64,000 bases of DNA. Source: a virus. Positions 48,609 to 58,000 of this stretch are shown here, in pieces. Under the pieces are notes generated by a model, which saw only the letters and a program-made list of their open reading frames with translations, had not been told where the DNA came from and ran no database searches. Numbering within the stretch: the first letter of the stretch is position 1; each line of letters begins with the position of its first letter. The DNA lies in IMG/VR virus record IMGVR_UViG_3300043395_002349, positions 1-64,000 of that record; one strand, given 5' to 3'. Made by a program: the position numbers and the translations under genes.

Positions 48609-50270
48609 TTAAATAAAAAAGTTTTCTAGTTTCTTTTCTGTACTTCCCACTAAATTATAAGGTCTAAAATCTTGTACTTCTATAAATGTTGAATTAAATT
48701 GTTCTTTTTCAATTCCCCAACCCTCAATACAACTATAATAACCAAACGGATATTTTTTTGTAATTACTAAATCTAAATATTTTCCATTACCAACCCCAAT
48801 TGTCATCAACACACAACTTTTACCATATCGGTTTAACTTTCTAAAATTTGCTACTAATCCTACAAAATATGTTTGATTACCTTCCGTTTCAACCCCCATA
48901 TCAGGTAAGAACTCCTTTTTATCCCACCATCCTGTCTTTGTTAATTGATCGTATATTGTACCACTATTATCGTTTTGTAACTGCACACCATTGATTATTG
49001 CTTCTCTTTTGTGTACCCACTTTTTATATGATGATTGATTATGTTTAAGTGTTGCTTCCCAAAACTTTTTAGGATTACGTGCTTTATGATATGCTAATGC
49101 CCAAACCATTTGACCGTATGCTATTGAATGTCCTTTTGCAAACGAATATTTACGAAGATGTGTTAATTCTTCTAATACAGATTTATTATTACATCTTTCT
49201 TTAAATTCTTTTATTATATCCTGTCTTAAATTTGCAAATCCTCTACGATACCTATCTGCTTCTGAAAGTGTACATCCAACTGCCGATGATATAAATGTAA
49301 GTGCATCTTCATCATACACAAACATTGCTTTTCCATCTCTAAAATAACTTGCCTTTCTACCACCATCCGCTGCTGCAGGTCTGATAAGTGCTAATGCTAA
49401 TGCAACATCGTACATATTCTTTGGTTGGATAGCTAGAATAGTTTTTCTCATTGTTCTACTCTCACTTTGTGTCAACCCTAATACATCACCACTACATAAT
49501 AATTCTGATGTAAGTTTATCATCAAATGGATAATCACATAATTTAGTTTGTGGATCTAATTCTCTTAGTTGTGCTAACCCTCTATTACAAAGTAAATCAA
49601 TTTTTATCCAATTGTTATCTTCAACATCGTATTTATCTACTGCTATTTGGTTTTCTTTTAAAATTAAATCTTCAGGTATACCATCTTTCCAAATTACAAT
49701 ACCACCACAATGTTTACTCCAATTTCGTTGTGTACCCATTAATTCTTCGGCAATCTGATAACACTTTTGTTGTGTTTCTTTGTCACTAAAAATCTTTTCT
49801 ACTTTAAAATATTTGGGAACGAACTTGCGATAACCACATTGTCGGATTGCTTCTCTTAATGCAGTTTTTTCAGAATATTTTACTCTGTTTGAAATACGAG
49901 AAACCATATTAGGATATATCTCACCCACATCTGAAAGTATTGTATCTCTTACATCGTATGGTACATCAATATCAAAATCAGGCTGGTCTTCTCTTGTCCA
50001 ATTTAAGAATCTTTCTAACGGAATATTTTCTTTTATGGGGTCTATATCGTGAATACCCATATAGTATGCTACCAATGAACTAGCACCACTTCCTCTTAAT
50101 AACCAAAGTGAATTTCTTCGTTTGATAACTTGTACAATATCCCACACTTGTTTATAGGTTTCTACAAATCCCTTTGCCTCAATTATTTCAAACTCTTCTT
50201 TTAACCTTCTAACGTAATCAATGTGTGTTGGATATTCTTTTACAAATCGTTCTATCAACACTTTTGACAT
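48609..50270 (-). CDS. dnaE: Compact DNA polymerase III alpha (family C) lacking the PHP domain
   Basis: RGSGASSLVAY, DPI..LERFLN, PDFDID, KHCGGIVI, KIDLL, ALIRP, YSFAKGHSIAY, C-terminal OB-like region; 553 aa. Confidence 0.88.
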   Translation of the reverse strand: MSKVLIERFVKEYPTHIDYVRRLKEEFEIIEAKGFVETYKQVWDIVQVIKRRNSLWLLRGSGASSLVAYYMGIHDIDPIKENIPLERFLNWTREDQPDFDIDVPYDVRDTILSDVGEIYPNMVSRISNRVKYSEKTALREAIRQCGYRKFVPKYFKVEKIFSDKETQQKCYQIAEELMGTQRNWSKHCGGIVIWKDGIPEDLILKENQIAVDKYDVEDNNWIKIDLLCNRGLAQLRELDPQTKLCDYPFDDKLTSELLCSGDVLGLTQSESRTMRKTILAIQPKNMYDVALALALIRPAAADGGRKASYFRDGKAMFVYDEDALTFISSAVGCTLSEADRYRRGFANLRQDIIKEFKERCNNKSVLEELTHLRKYSFAKGHSIAYGQMVWALAYHKARNPKKFWEATLKHNQSSYKKWVHKREAIINGVQLQNDNSGTIYDQLTKTGWWDKKEFLPDMGVETEGNQTYFVGLVANFRKLNRYGKSCVLMTIGVGNGKYLDLVITKKYPFGYYSCIEGWGIEKEQFNSTFIEVQDFRPYNLVGSTEKKLENFFI

Positions 50271-50275
50271 ATAAC

Positions 50276-50689
50276 TTATTCATCAAACCACTTATCTGGT
50301 ATGGTTTTATCGGCATATTTAAAACCGTTTTTCTCACACCAATCTGCGTAAGTTGTTTTGGATTTTTTATTAATTTTGTTTTTGGAATTCGTAAATACAA
50401 AACGAATATCTAAATTAGGATTTTGTTCCTTTACTAATAAATGTTTCTTCCTATCTGCAAGAACAAATCTACCTTTCGTTTCTACCCTAATACCATTGGG
50501 TAACTTAAAATCAGGATTGTAAGTATGTTCAGAAGCAGGTATAATATAAGCCACTTTTTCGGACTCATATTCAACTTTAATACCTTTACTTTCGATTTGT
50601 TGGGATATAGACTCCTCAAGACCTGATTTAAATCCATTCTTTTTTCCTACCCATTTTGAACTTTTTTTTGTAACCTTTTTCTTTGTCAT
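50276..50689 (-). CDS. T7 endonuclease I-like Holliday junction resolvase
   Basis: FKSGLEE..YE..Y.PDF.LPNGI.VETKGRF..DRKKHLLVKEQ.P.LDIRFVF..TTYADWCEKNGF.YADK.IP..W. Confidence 0.92.
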   Translation of the reverse strand: MTKKKVTKKSSKWVGKKNGFKSGLEESISQQIESKGIKVEYESEKVAYIIPASEHTYNPDFKLPNGIRVETKGRFVLADRKKHLLVKEQNPNLDIRFVFTNSKNKINKKSKTTYADWCEKNGFKYADKTIPDKWFDE

Positions 50690-50694
50690 TAACC

Positions 50695-51072
50695 TTATGG
50701 ATTTGTAGGTTTTTTGTATCTTTTCACAGAGTTAAATCCTGTAATATTTGCACCATTGTATTTATAATCGTTATTAATATCTAATGGATCAAAATCTGCG
50801 TTAGTTGTTTGTCCGCCTTCATTAATCATATTGAACAAACTAAAATTTTTATCACCAGGAGTTAAATTTGCAGTAAATCCTGAACTAGCATCACCCTTAT
50901 ATTTAACAGGTCTTTCTTGTGGAGTTATACCTTTAATAAAGTCAGTTGTTACAGGTGCAGTTCCACCTGCTGCTTTAGCATTATCAAACCCAACATATTC
51001 ACCACCAAACTTTTTATTATCTTTGTAGGTATCTAATATTGAACCCTTCCATTGTACGCCATTTATTGCCAT
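50695..51072 (-). CDS. Hypothetical protein (probably late/virion)
   Basis: 125-aa ORF preceded by a TATTTATA box. Confidence 0.6.
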   Translation of the reverse strand: MAINGVQWKGSILDTYKDNKKFGGEYVGFDNAKAAGGTAPVTTDFIKGITPQERPVKYKGDASSGFTANLTPGDKNFSLFNMINEGGQTTNADFDPLDINNDYKYNGANITGFNSVKRYKKPTNP

Positions 51073-51094
51073 AGCTTAAATTCCTTTTGTTTTA

Positions 51095-51102
51095 TATAAA
51101 TA
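51095..51102 (-). promoter_or_regulatory. Putative late promoter TATTTATA
   Basis: Intergenic, upstream of 50695..51072. Confidence 0.55.
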
Positions 51103-51109
51103 TAATTAT

Positions 51110-51778
51110 TTATTTTATTTCGTAATCTTCTCTTTTAAAATAGGTATTATTAAAATCTATATTTTTTCTAATTGGATATGCTTCATAAATTAATGGATTT
51201 TTTCCTAATCCCCAAAATCTGTTTTCAACATCCGTTCTTATAGTTCTATCACCAATTCTAGTATCTACTGATTTTGCGTATTCACCACTAACCGCCCAAA
51301 AATTACCTGTCATAAACCAAAACGGTTTATCCCAATCATATTCATGTTTACTTACACCATAAACATTATAATTTTTATTATCTAATATTTTTTTAATATT
51401 ATCTATTTTTTCTAATAAAAAATAATTCATCATTTGTCTCCATGTAACAATTGAATTATAATTAGATTTATCAAAATGAGTAATTCCTTTTGTATGAATA
51501 TAAATTATAATATCACTATCTTGAAATTTTTCCTTATCACCTTCTATAAGATTTAATGTACACCATTCTGAGTGGGCTGTTTGTAAATCTCTAATAATTC
51601 TTTTTTTATTTCTTAAAAAATGACATATATCATCTAACACTTTTATTTCATTCTCTAAACAAATTCCTATATTTAATTCGTAATCAAAATTAAAGTGTTT
51701 TTCTATTAATGAAATTTGTTCTTCTACTATTGGAAGTACACCTTGTTTTGCAAAAATGTTGTAATAAATTCTAACCAT
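51110..51778 (-). CDS. Putative glycosyltransferase-like protein (YxHTKG / GNFW family)
   Basis: IYIHTKG, WRQMMNYF, GNFWA; coupled by a TAATG overlap to a structural gene. Confidence 0.5.
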   Translation of the reverse strand: MVRIYYNIFAKQGVLPIVEEQISLIEKHFNFDYELNIGICLENEIKVLDDICHFLRNKKRIIRDLQTAHSEWCTLNLIEGDKEKFQDSDIIIYIHTKGITHFDKSNYNSIVTWRQMMNYFLLEKIDNIKKILDNKNYNVYGVSKHEYDWDKPFWFMTGNFWAVSGEYAKSVDTRIGDRTIRTDVENRFWGLGKNPLIYEAYPIRKNIDFNNTYFKREDYEIK

Positions 51779-53064
51779 TATGTATCAAATCTAACTAAAA
51801 AGTTCACAGGTAAATCAGGCATTGATTTTACAGGTGTTGCTAATTTAGCTACTGCAACCATTTCCATATTTTCATCATATAACCCAATTGTTGTAATATA
51901 AGGTGCCACATAACTTCCAGTTGGATCAATTGATGAACTATATTCATATTCTAAAAACATATCCTTTTGGTATTTGTCACTATTTCTCCATTTTACCACA
52001 TTATCACTAAATTTTTGTAACGAACACCCAATCAAACCATCCTCTAAAATTTCTCTAGCAAAAAAATCATAAATAGTGTTTGTATCTATTGCTAATGTTA
52101 CTTCATTACCACCATCATCAGTATAACGTACAAATCCACCATCACCACCTAATAAATCTGCTGCAGATGCATCTATTTGATATTTGGTTATTGTATTTAG
52201 ATATATTGTACCAACTTCAACATTAGTTTCTGTTATTGCAGTTGGATTTGTTGAAGCATTAAATTCATCTTCACCTACTACGATTAAATATTCGTTTTCA
52301 TATATTGTATTTGTAGATTTAAACAATAAATCAAACGTAGGAATATCTTCTCTATTTCCACCTTCATTAGAATCACCTGTAATTATTACAATGCCATGTG
52401 AATATATAAGATTCCCTATAATTCCTTTTTCTAAATTTGAATTAGTAAATATTCCTAAAAATGTAATTTTATTTGTTTGAAAATTTACCAAAACATCTAA
52501 AAATATATCTTCGTCTTGCAACAACATGCTACCATTTTCTAAATTAATAGAAATAATTTTTAATACTATTTCATTATTTGTTGCATCTAAAAAATAAAAA
52601 TCATCATTTTGAAAATCAATTGATATAAAATCAAATTCATTGAGATTTGATATTAAATTTCCAAATCCATCATCATATATTGTTTCATTTAAATTTTCAT
52701 TATATAATTGAAATGATAATGGTTTTATTTCTTCTCCAAATTTAATTTGCGGAATAGTAAATACTAATGCTCTTTCTTTTAAATTACGTTGTTTCCCTAA
52801 TTCATTTTCTGTGTAAATAGGCTTAAATGTACCATATGATATAAATGGATTTAATGAATTATTTGCATTATAATACATTGTTTTTAATTGATGATACAAT
52901 CCATTTTCTTTCAACTGTTCGTCTGTTAAAGTTGAAATATCACTTGAACTATAATCTTTTGCAATTAATTTTTTTAACCACCCATCACTCTCAGTTGCAG
53001 CCCATCTTTTGTAAGCTTTAAATGGTCTAATATTAATATCTGATTTTGGTATCTGTTTTAACAT
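51778..53064 (-). CDS. Tail/baseplate structural protein
   Basis: FGEEIKPLSF..DDGFGNL..GNLIYSHGIVII..EFNASTNPT..YITTIGLYDENMEMVAVAKL; paralog of 53137..54363. Confidence 0.65.
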   Translation of the reverse strand: MLKQIPKSDINIRPFKAYKRWAATESDGWLKKLIAKDYSSSDISTLTDEQLKENGLYHQLKTMYYNANNSLNPFISYGTFKPIYTENELGKQRNLKERALVFTIPQIKFGEEIKPLSFQLYNENLNETIYDDGFGNLISNLNEFDFISIDFQNDDFYFLDATNNEIVLKIISINLENGSMLLQDEDIFLDVLVNFQTNKITFLGIFTNSNLEKGIIGNLIYSHGIVIITGDSNEGGNREDIPTFDLLFKSTNTIYENEYLIVVGEDEFNASTNPTAITETNVEVGTIYLNTITKYQIDASAADLLGGDGGFVRYTDDGGNEVTLAIDTNTIYDFFAREILEDGLIGCSLQKFSDNVVKWRNSDKYQKDMFLEYEYSSSIDPTGSYVAPYITTIGLYDENMEMVAVAKLATPVKSMPDLPVNFLVRFDT

Positions 53065-53070
53065 ATCGTA

Positions 53071-53078
53071 TATAAATA
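53071..53078 (-). promoter_or_regulatory. Putative late promoter TATTTATA
   Basis: Right after the terminator hairpin; 6 nt before the ATG at 53064. Confidence 0.65.
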
Positions 53079-53089
53079 TCTCTTTAACT

Positions 53090-53111
53090 AAAAACCCACC
53101 AAAAGGTGGGT
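53090..53111 (-). terminator. Rho-independent terminator
   Basis: The minus strand reads ACCCACC-TTTT-GGTGGGT followed by a T tract. It lies between two genes, just before a TATTTATA box. Confidence 0.75.
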
Positions 53112-53136
53112 CATTAGGTTATATGTTATATTATAA

Positions 53137-54363
53137 TTAGAAATCTAATTTAACTTTTAATAATAATTCTTTACTAAATGATTTTGCAATTGGTTGTGAA
53201 GTTTTTGCTACTGCTAATAATTCATTTGCATCGTTGTATAAACCTACTGTTGTAATGTAAGTCATAGGTTCAACCACAAATGTTGGTTCTGTAAATGAAC
53301 CAGTAGCATCTACAAATGTTGGATTATTTGAGAAGTTAAATTCTCTATTATTAACTCTTACAAAATAATGTGCTGTTGATACATTTTCTATTCTTCTTGC
53401 TTCAAAATATTCACCCTTTTTAATTGCGTTGAATAATTTTTTATGGTTATATTCATCTGATATATAAGAACCAGATGGAGTTAATTCGCTACCTATTAAA
53501 TTAGATAATGCACTAGGATTAAATACTAATACACCATAATCAGGATAAAATTTACCAAAACCATATCCGTTTGATGCAGTATAAGTTGAGATAGTAGCAT
53601 CGTTATTTGTTCCTAAATTTAATGTTCCACTTACAATATTAAATTCATTTGTACCACTATTTGTGATATTGAATTTTTCACCACTATTATCAATAAATGT
53701 AAATTCTCCATTAGAACCACTTAAACTAATTTCCCAGTTTCCTGCATCTATTCTTTCTCTATAATTAGAACGTGCTACGTTAATTACATAGATATCATCC
53801 GATGCATATCCATCTTGAGTTGTTCCATCATAAAAACGGAATTTGTTTTCACCCGTATCTGTCAATAATGCTCTATATTGAAAATATGTAGCTTGTGTAG
53901 ATAAAGTTGCATTAGGGTCAGCTGCTGTTGTTGGGGCTCCTGCACCACTAATATGTCCGTATGATACCGCAAATTCAACTCCTAAAGAAGAAGTTAATGC
54001 AGGATCTCCACTATATACGTTATAATAGTATTTACTTGCACTTGAACCATTATGACCAGCAATATTACTTGTAGAACCCGTATAAAACTCATATAAAGTT
54101 CCATTTCCGTTGCTCCATAATCCTGTAGTAACAATTTCATTTTTAGCTGGAACAATATCCGTTGTATTAAATGTTTTATATACAGAGTTTGTAGTTACTC
54201 CTGTTTCCATCACCAATTTTTCACCCGTTGTAAGGTAATTGTTGATAATTGCAGCTAATTGTGTTGTATCTAACACTCCATTAGCACTTTGTCTTTGTTG
54301 ATTAAGATAATTTGCTAAATCGTTGGTTAATTGTGTACCAGTTGTTGAACCTAATGTTGCCAT
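53137..54363 (-). CDS. Tail/baseplate structural protein
   Basis: RERIDAGNW..GKFYPDYGVLV..YFVRV..EFNFSNNPTF..YITTVGLYNDANELLAVAKTSQP..KVKLDF. Confidence 0.65.
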   Translation of the reverse strand: MATLGSTTGTQLTNDLANYLNQQRQSANGVLDTTQLAAIINNYLTTGEKLVMETGVTTNSVYKTFNTTDIVPAKNEIVTTGLWSNGNGTLYEFYTGSTSNIAGHNGSSASKYYYNVYSGDPALTSSLGVEFAVSYGHISGAGAPTTAADPNATLSTQATYFQYRALLTDTGENKFRFYDGTTQDGYASDDIYVINVARSNYRERIDAGNWEISLSGSNGEFTFIDNSGEKFNITNSGTNEFNIVSGTLNLGTNNDATISTYTASNGYGFGKFYPDYGVLVFNPSALSNLIGSELTPSGSYISDEYNHKKLFNAIKKGEYFEARRIENVSTAHYFVRVNNREFNFSNNPTFVDATGSFTEPTFVVEPMTYITTVGLYNDANELLAVAKTSQPIAKSFSKELLLKVKLDF

Positions 54364-54380
54364 ATCAATGTTTTATATTT

Positions 54381-55001
54381 TTATCCTGCTACATAAGTAA
54401 CTGTTACTGGAATAGTTACACTACCACCAGTTTCATTACCAAATATAGTCAATGTTGTTATTAATGTTGAAGTTAATGAACTATTTGGAATAAACGTAAA
54501 CGTTAAACCTCTTTCTACTTGTGCTGTTGCTGTTACACTATTAGTAAATGTTGTTGTAGTTGTTACGTTTGATAAACCTTCACCAACAATAGTTCCCGCA
54601 TTTTTATTACCTAAAACAGCAGTGTATCCACCATTCTTATTCCCAGCAGGAGATGTAGAAGGATTAATAGGATATTGACCACCTGTTGTTTTTGCTGCAA
54701 TCGAAGATACATTGATAGAAACAACTGGAATTTTTTGAGTTCCCTTTGGTAAAGTTACTAATTTATATTTTAATGCCTGAGTTTCATCAGGAGATGCTTC
54801 TAAAATTGGAGTTTTTAAAATTGCGTAATCATAAAAGGAAGAACCCTTTGGATGTCCCGTATCATATAAATCATAATCAATTTCATCATCACCCAACGCA
54901 AATTGTGTAATGTTCAAAGGTTGTCCTGCCGCTAATTTTTCTCTACCTTTTTTAGTTAAGATAGCGTCTACTGTAATTGTTGTGTTATCTAAGTATGCCA
55001 T
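54381..55001 (-). CDS. Tail/baseplate structural protein
   Basis: DAILTKKGREKLA..ITQFALGDDEIDY resembles the N-terminus of tail-collar (DUF3751-like) domains; C-terminal GNETGG. Confidence 0.6.
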   Translation of the reverse strand: MAYLDNTTITVDAILTKKGREKLAAGQPLNITQFALGDDEIDYDLYDTGHPKGSSFYDYAILKTPILEASPDETQALKYKLVTLPKGTQKIPVVSINVSSIAAKTTGGQYPINPSTSPAGNKNGGYTAVLGNKNAGTIVGEGLSNVTTTTTFTNSVTATAQVERGLTFTFIPNSSLTSTLITTLTIFGNETGGSVTIPVTVTYVAG

Positions 55002-55020
55002 AGTTCGTTTATTATTCTTT

Positions 55021-55028
55021 TATAAATA
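55021..55028 (-). promoter_or_regulatory. Putative late promoter TATTTATA
   Basis: Intergenic, upstream of 54381..55001. Confidence 0.6.
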
Positions 55029-55056
55029 TATAAAATATTTTTTCTTTACATTATTT

Positions 55057-58000
55057 TTAATCAACTTCTAATATCGGTTCATTATTACTTCTACCTTGAG
55101 CGGTTACTCTTAATGTAGTTGGATTAGTTGTGAATGTTTCAACTGCTGCTTTACCATCTATCGTTGTATATGTAGTTTGTTTAGAACCAAAATAGTAAGA
55201 GTTTTGTAAACCTGTTGTTTTATCCCCAGTATAAATATAATGCGTAGGTAAATATCCACTTGCAGTTACTACATTAACAATGTTAGAATCTACTTCTAAA
55301 CTTGATGATTGATTTAATTCTTGGATTATAAATTCAGTACGATATGATGGTACAACTACACTTTGTTGTGTATTTTGTACGTTTACTAATATACAATCTA
55401 TTAAAGCATTTGTATTTATTTCTCTTGCCGAAAAATTGTATTCATTTCCAGGAATAGGTGCTAAAACTTGTTCTACACCATTTAAATCTGTATAATTTAC
55501 GAATCCGGCGCCACTTAAAGGATTTATTGCAGTTGCATCTATATAATATCCTGAATTTATTTGAGTTATTGTTGGTGTCTGTTTAGTTACTAAAAATCCT
55601 CTAATTCCCTTAGATTTAAATACCCCATTTTCCTCGTAATGATATTTTCCATATCCATTTGTAAAATAAGTATTAAAACCATAATTAATATATTTTTCAT
55701 CCATCCCAATAATCTGTCCTGCATTTAAAATATCCAATTCAGTTAATATAGATGCACTAATTCTATTATAATTAATAGTTCCATCATATGTAATCCAATC
55801 ACCATTTGCAATATTATCTGTTATACCAAATATTTCAGCAGTATGTGTAATATTATCTGCACCAAAGTTATATATTTTAGATGCATCTAAATCTGCATCT
55901 TTTGATATAACATCACCATTAATTTTTTCAATAGATTCTGTTAAATTTAAAATACCTTCATTATAATCAAATGTAGAGTATAAATCAGTAATTTGCGTAT
56001 CAGTTACAACACCTTCTAAACTTTCCGCCTGTACTGATGGTTTATTTCTTTTTACTTTACTCCTTTCCAAAAAGTGTGGTGCTATTAATAAACCAGTAGT
56101 AACAACTGCTCTAGCTGGTAACATTTCTCTTAAATTGATAAATAAAGATTTATCATAATATTTTACCAAACGTATAAATTCATATAAATTTCTTTCACCA
56201 ACTCGTCTGAAATAATAGGTTCTTAATTCATCTAATTCAGGATATGTTGTATATCCGTATTCGTATTCCGGATTTCCTATATAATCATCTAAACTTTCAC
56301 CACCCAATGATTTTGCAATATCCAAATCCAAATCTTTATTAGGTGAGAAAAATAATCCAACTCTATTAGAATCCTTTGCTGAAGTATCAAACGCTTTTTT
56401 GGTTGCTCTTTTTGTTGGCGATAAATTTGCTACTAAAGTTTGTTCTTCTAATCTTACTTTATTTGTATAGTATCTACTTGCACCGGTGTTAGGTATAACT
56501 AAAGAAATTTCTCTTTCATATACTTCATAGTTAAATGGATAATTAGTCTGAACACCAAACCCACTTGCACTCACATTTGTTACATAATCTAAATATGGTG
56601 CTACATTATTAATTGAACCGGTTAATGATAAATCTTGTGGTCTTTCAAAATCAAGTCTTATCAATAAATCATCAGTAGATGCTGAAATATGATTACCATT
56701 AATTGCTTCTGAATTTATAACATGATTATCAAACACACTTTCACTCAATGCTGTTTTCCAAATTCTTAATTCTTCTAAACTACCACTAAAACCATGTCCA
56801 TTTCCACCAAAATAAAGTGAAGTATTATTAGTAAAATCAACACTACTTGTTATCCACTCACCTTGTGTTACAATTGTATCTTTATCATTTGAGGCAGCAT
56901 ATACTATAAATGAAGAACCACTTAATTGTGCCAATATTGTATGATAGTTACCATCATAAAAAGGATAAGAAGTAGAAACCTGATTTCCATTAATTGTAAA
57001 TTTACCAAATATTCCATTTGTATTAATTACACTAATTCCCAATTCAAACCCACTTGCACTTATAAACGTATAGTTTTCTAATTCTGCAGGTTTTATTTTA
57101 AATTCAATTGCCTCAAATGTTGATGCTGTAACTGGAACTTCTATTTTTGCATTTGTATTATCAAATACTAAATTATGTGTTAAACTATTATAAATAAATT
57201 TAGGCGAATCCGTTACCGTATCTGTATTTGGTCCACCAAATTCTATAATAGATAAATTAGATGATGGAATACCATAACAAGTTAATAATGCATTTATACC
57301 TCTTATACTTCCTCTGTGCTTTAATAAATAAGGTAAGTTATTTGCAATTCTTCTCCAAATTTGTTTTGTTGCTTGTTGTGGTGTTATTAAAGTGTCATTA
57401 TCACCTAAATAATTATCGGATGTAAGTGAACCTACAACTCCATCATTATTTACACCAAATGTATATTCCCAAAGTTGTTTATTTGAATTAAGATTTTTTG
57501 CATCCCACCCAAATGATTTCAAATATTGATATAAAAAATCATCATTAATACCAACTGTATTTGTTTCACTAATTTTCTTTTGTTCTGTGATTCCTTTGAT
57601 ATATGCCCAAATAATATCAAAATAATTACCAATCATATCTAAGAATAATAAAAATTCTGCATTATTACTATCTTCTATAATGTGTAATGGTAAATTTCTT
57701 TTTAATAAGTTGTTATTATCTTTATCATATGTACTTGCTAATTCATAATAATCTGCATATAAATTTGTAGTATTTGAATAATAACCAACAGGTTTTCCAC
57801 TACTAAATCCACCCGATACAAATGAAGATGTGAATATACTTTGTGTAAGGTATGTTTCCCAACCATCAAAACCGGTAATTAAATTGGATTTTTTAGTTTC
57901 AATATTCTTTATATCTAAATTTAATGTAATTGTATTATTTGATGAACTTACACTTAAATTTTGTATTTGCCAATCATAATATTCGGCTAATTCTTTTTTA

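Noticed and set aside
1949-50270. Inteins, introns, tRNAs or other structured ncRNAs
   Set aside because: The terminase, primase and DnaE show no insertions, and the intergenic gaps are all under about 75 nt with no cloverleaf visible by eye.
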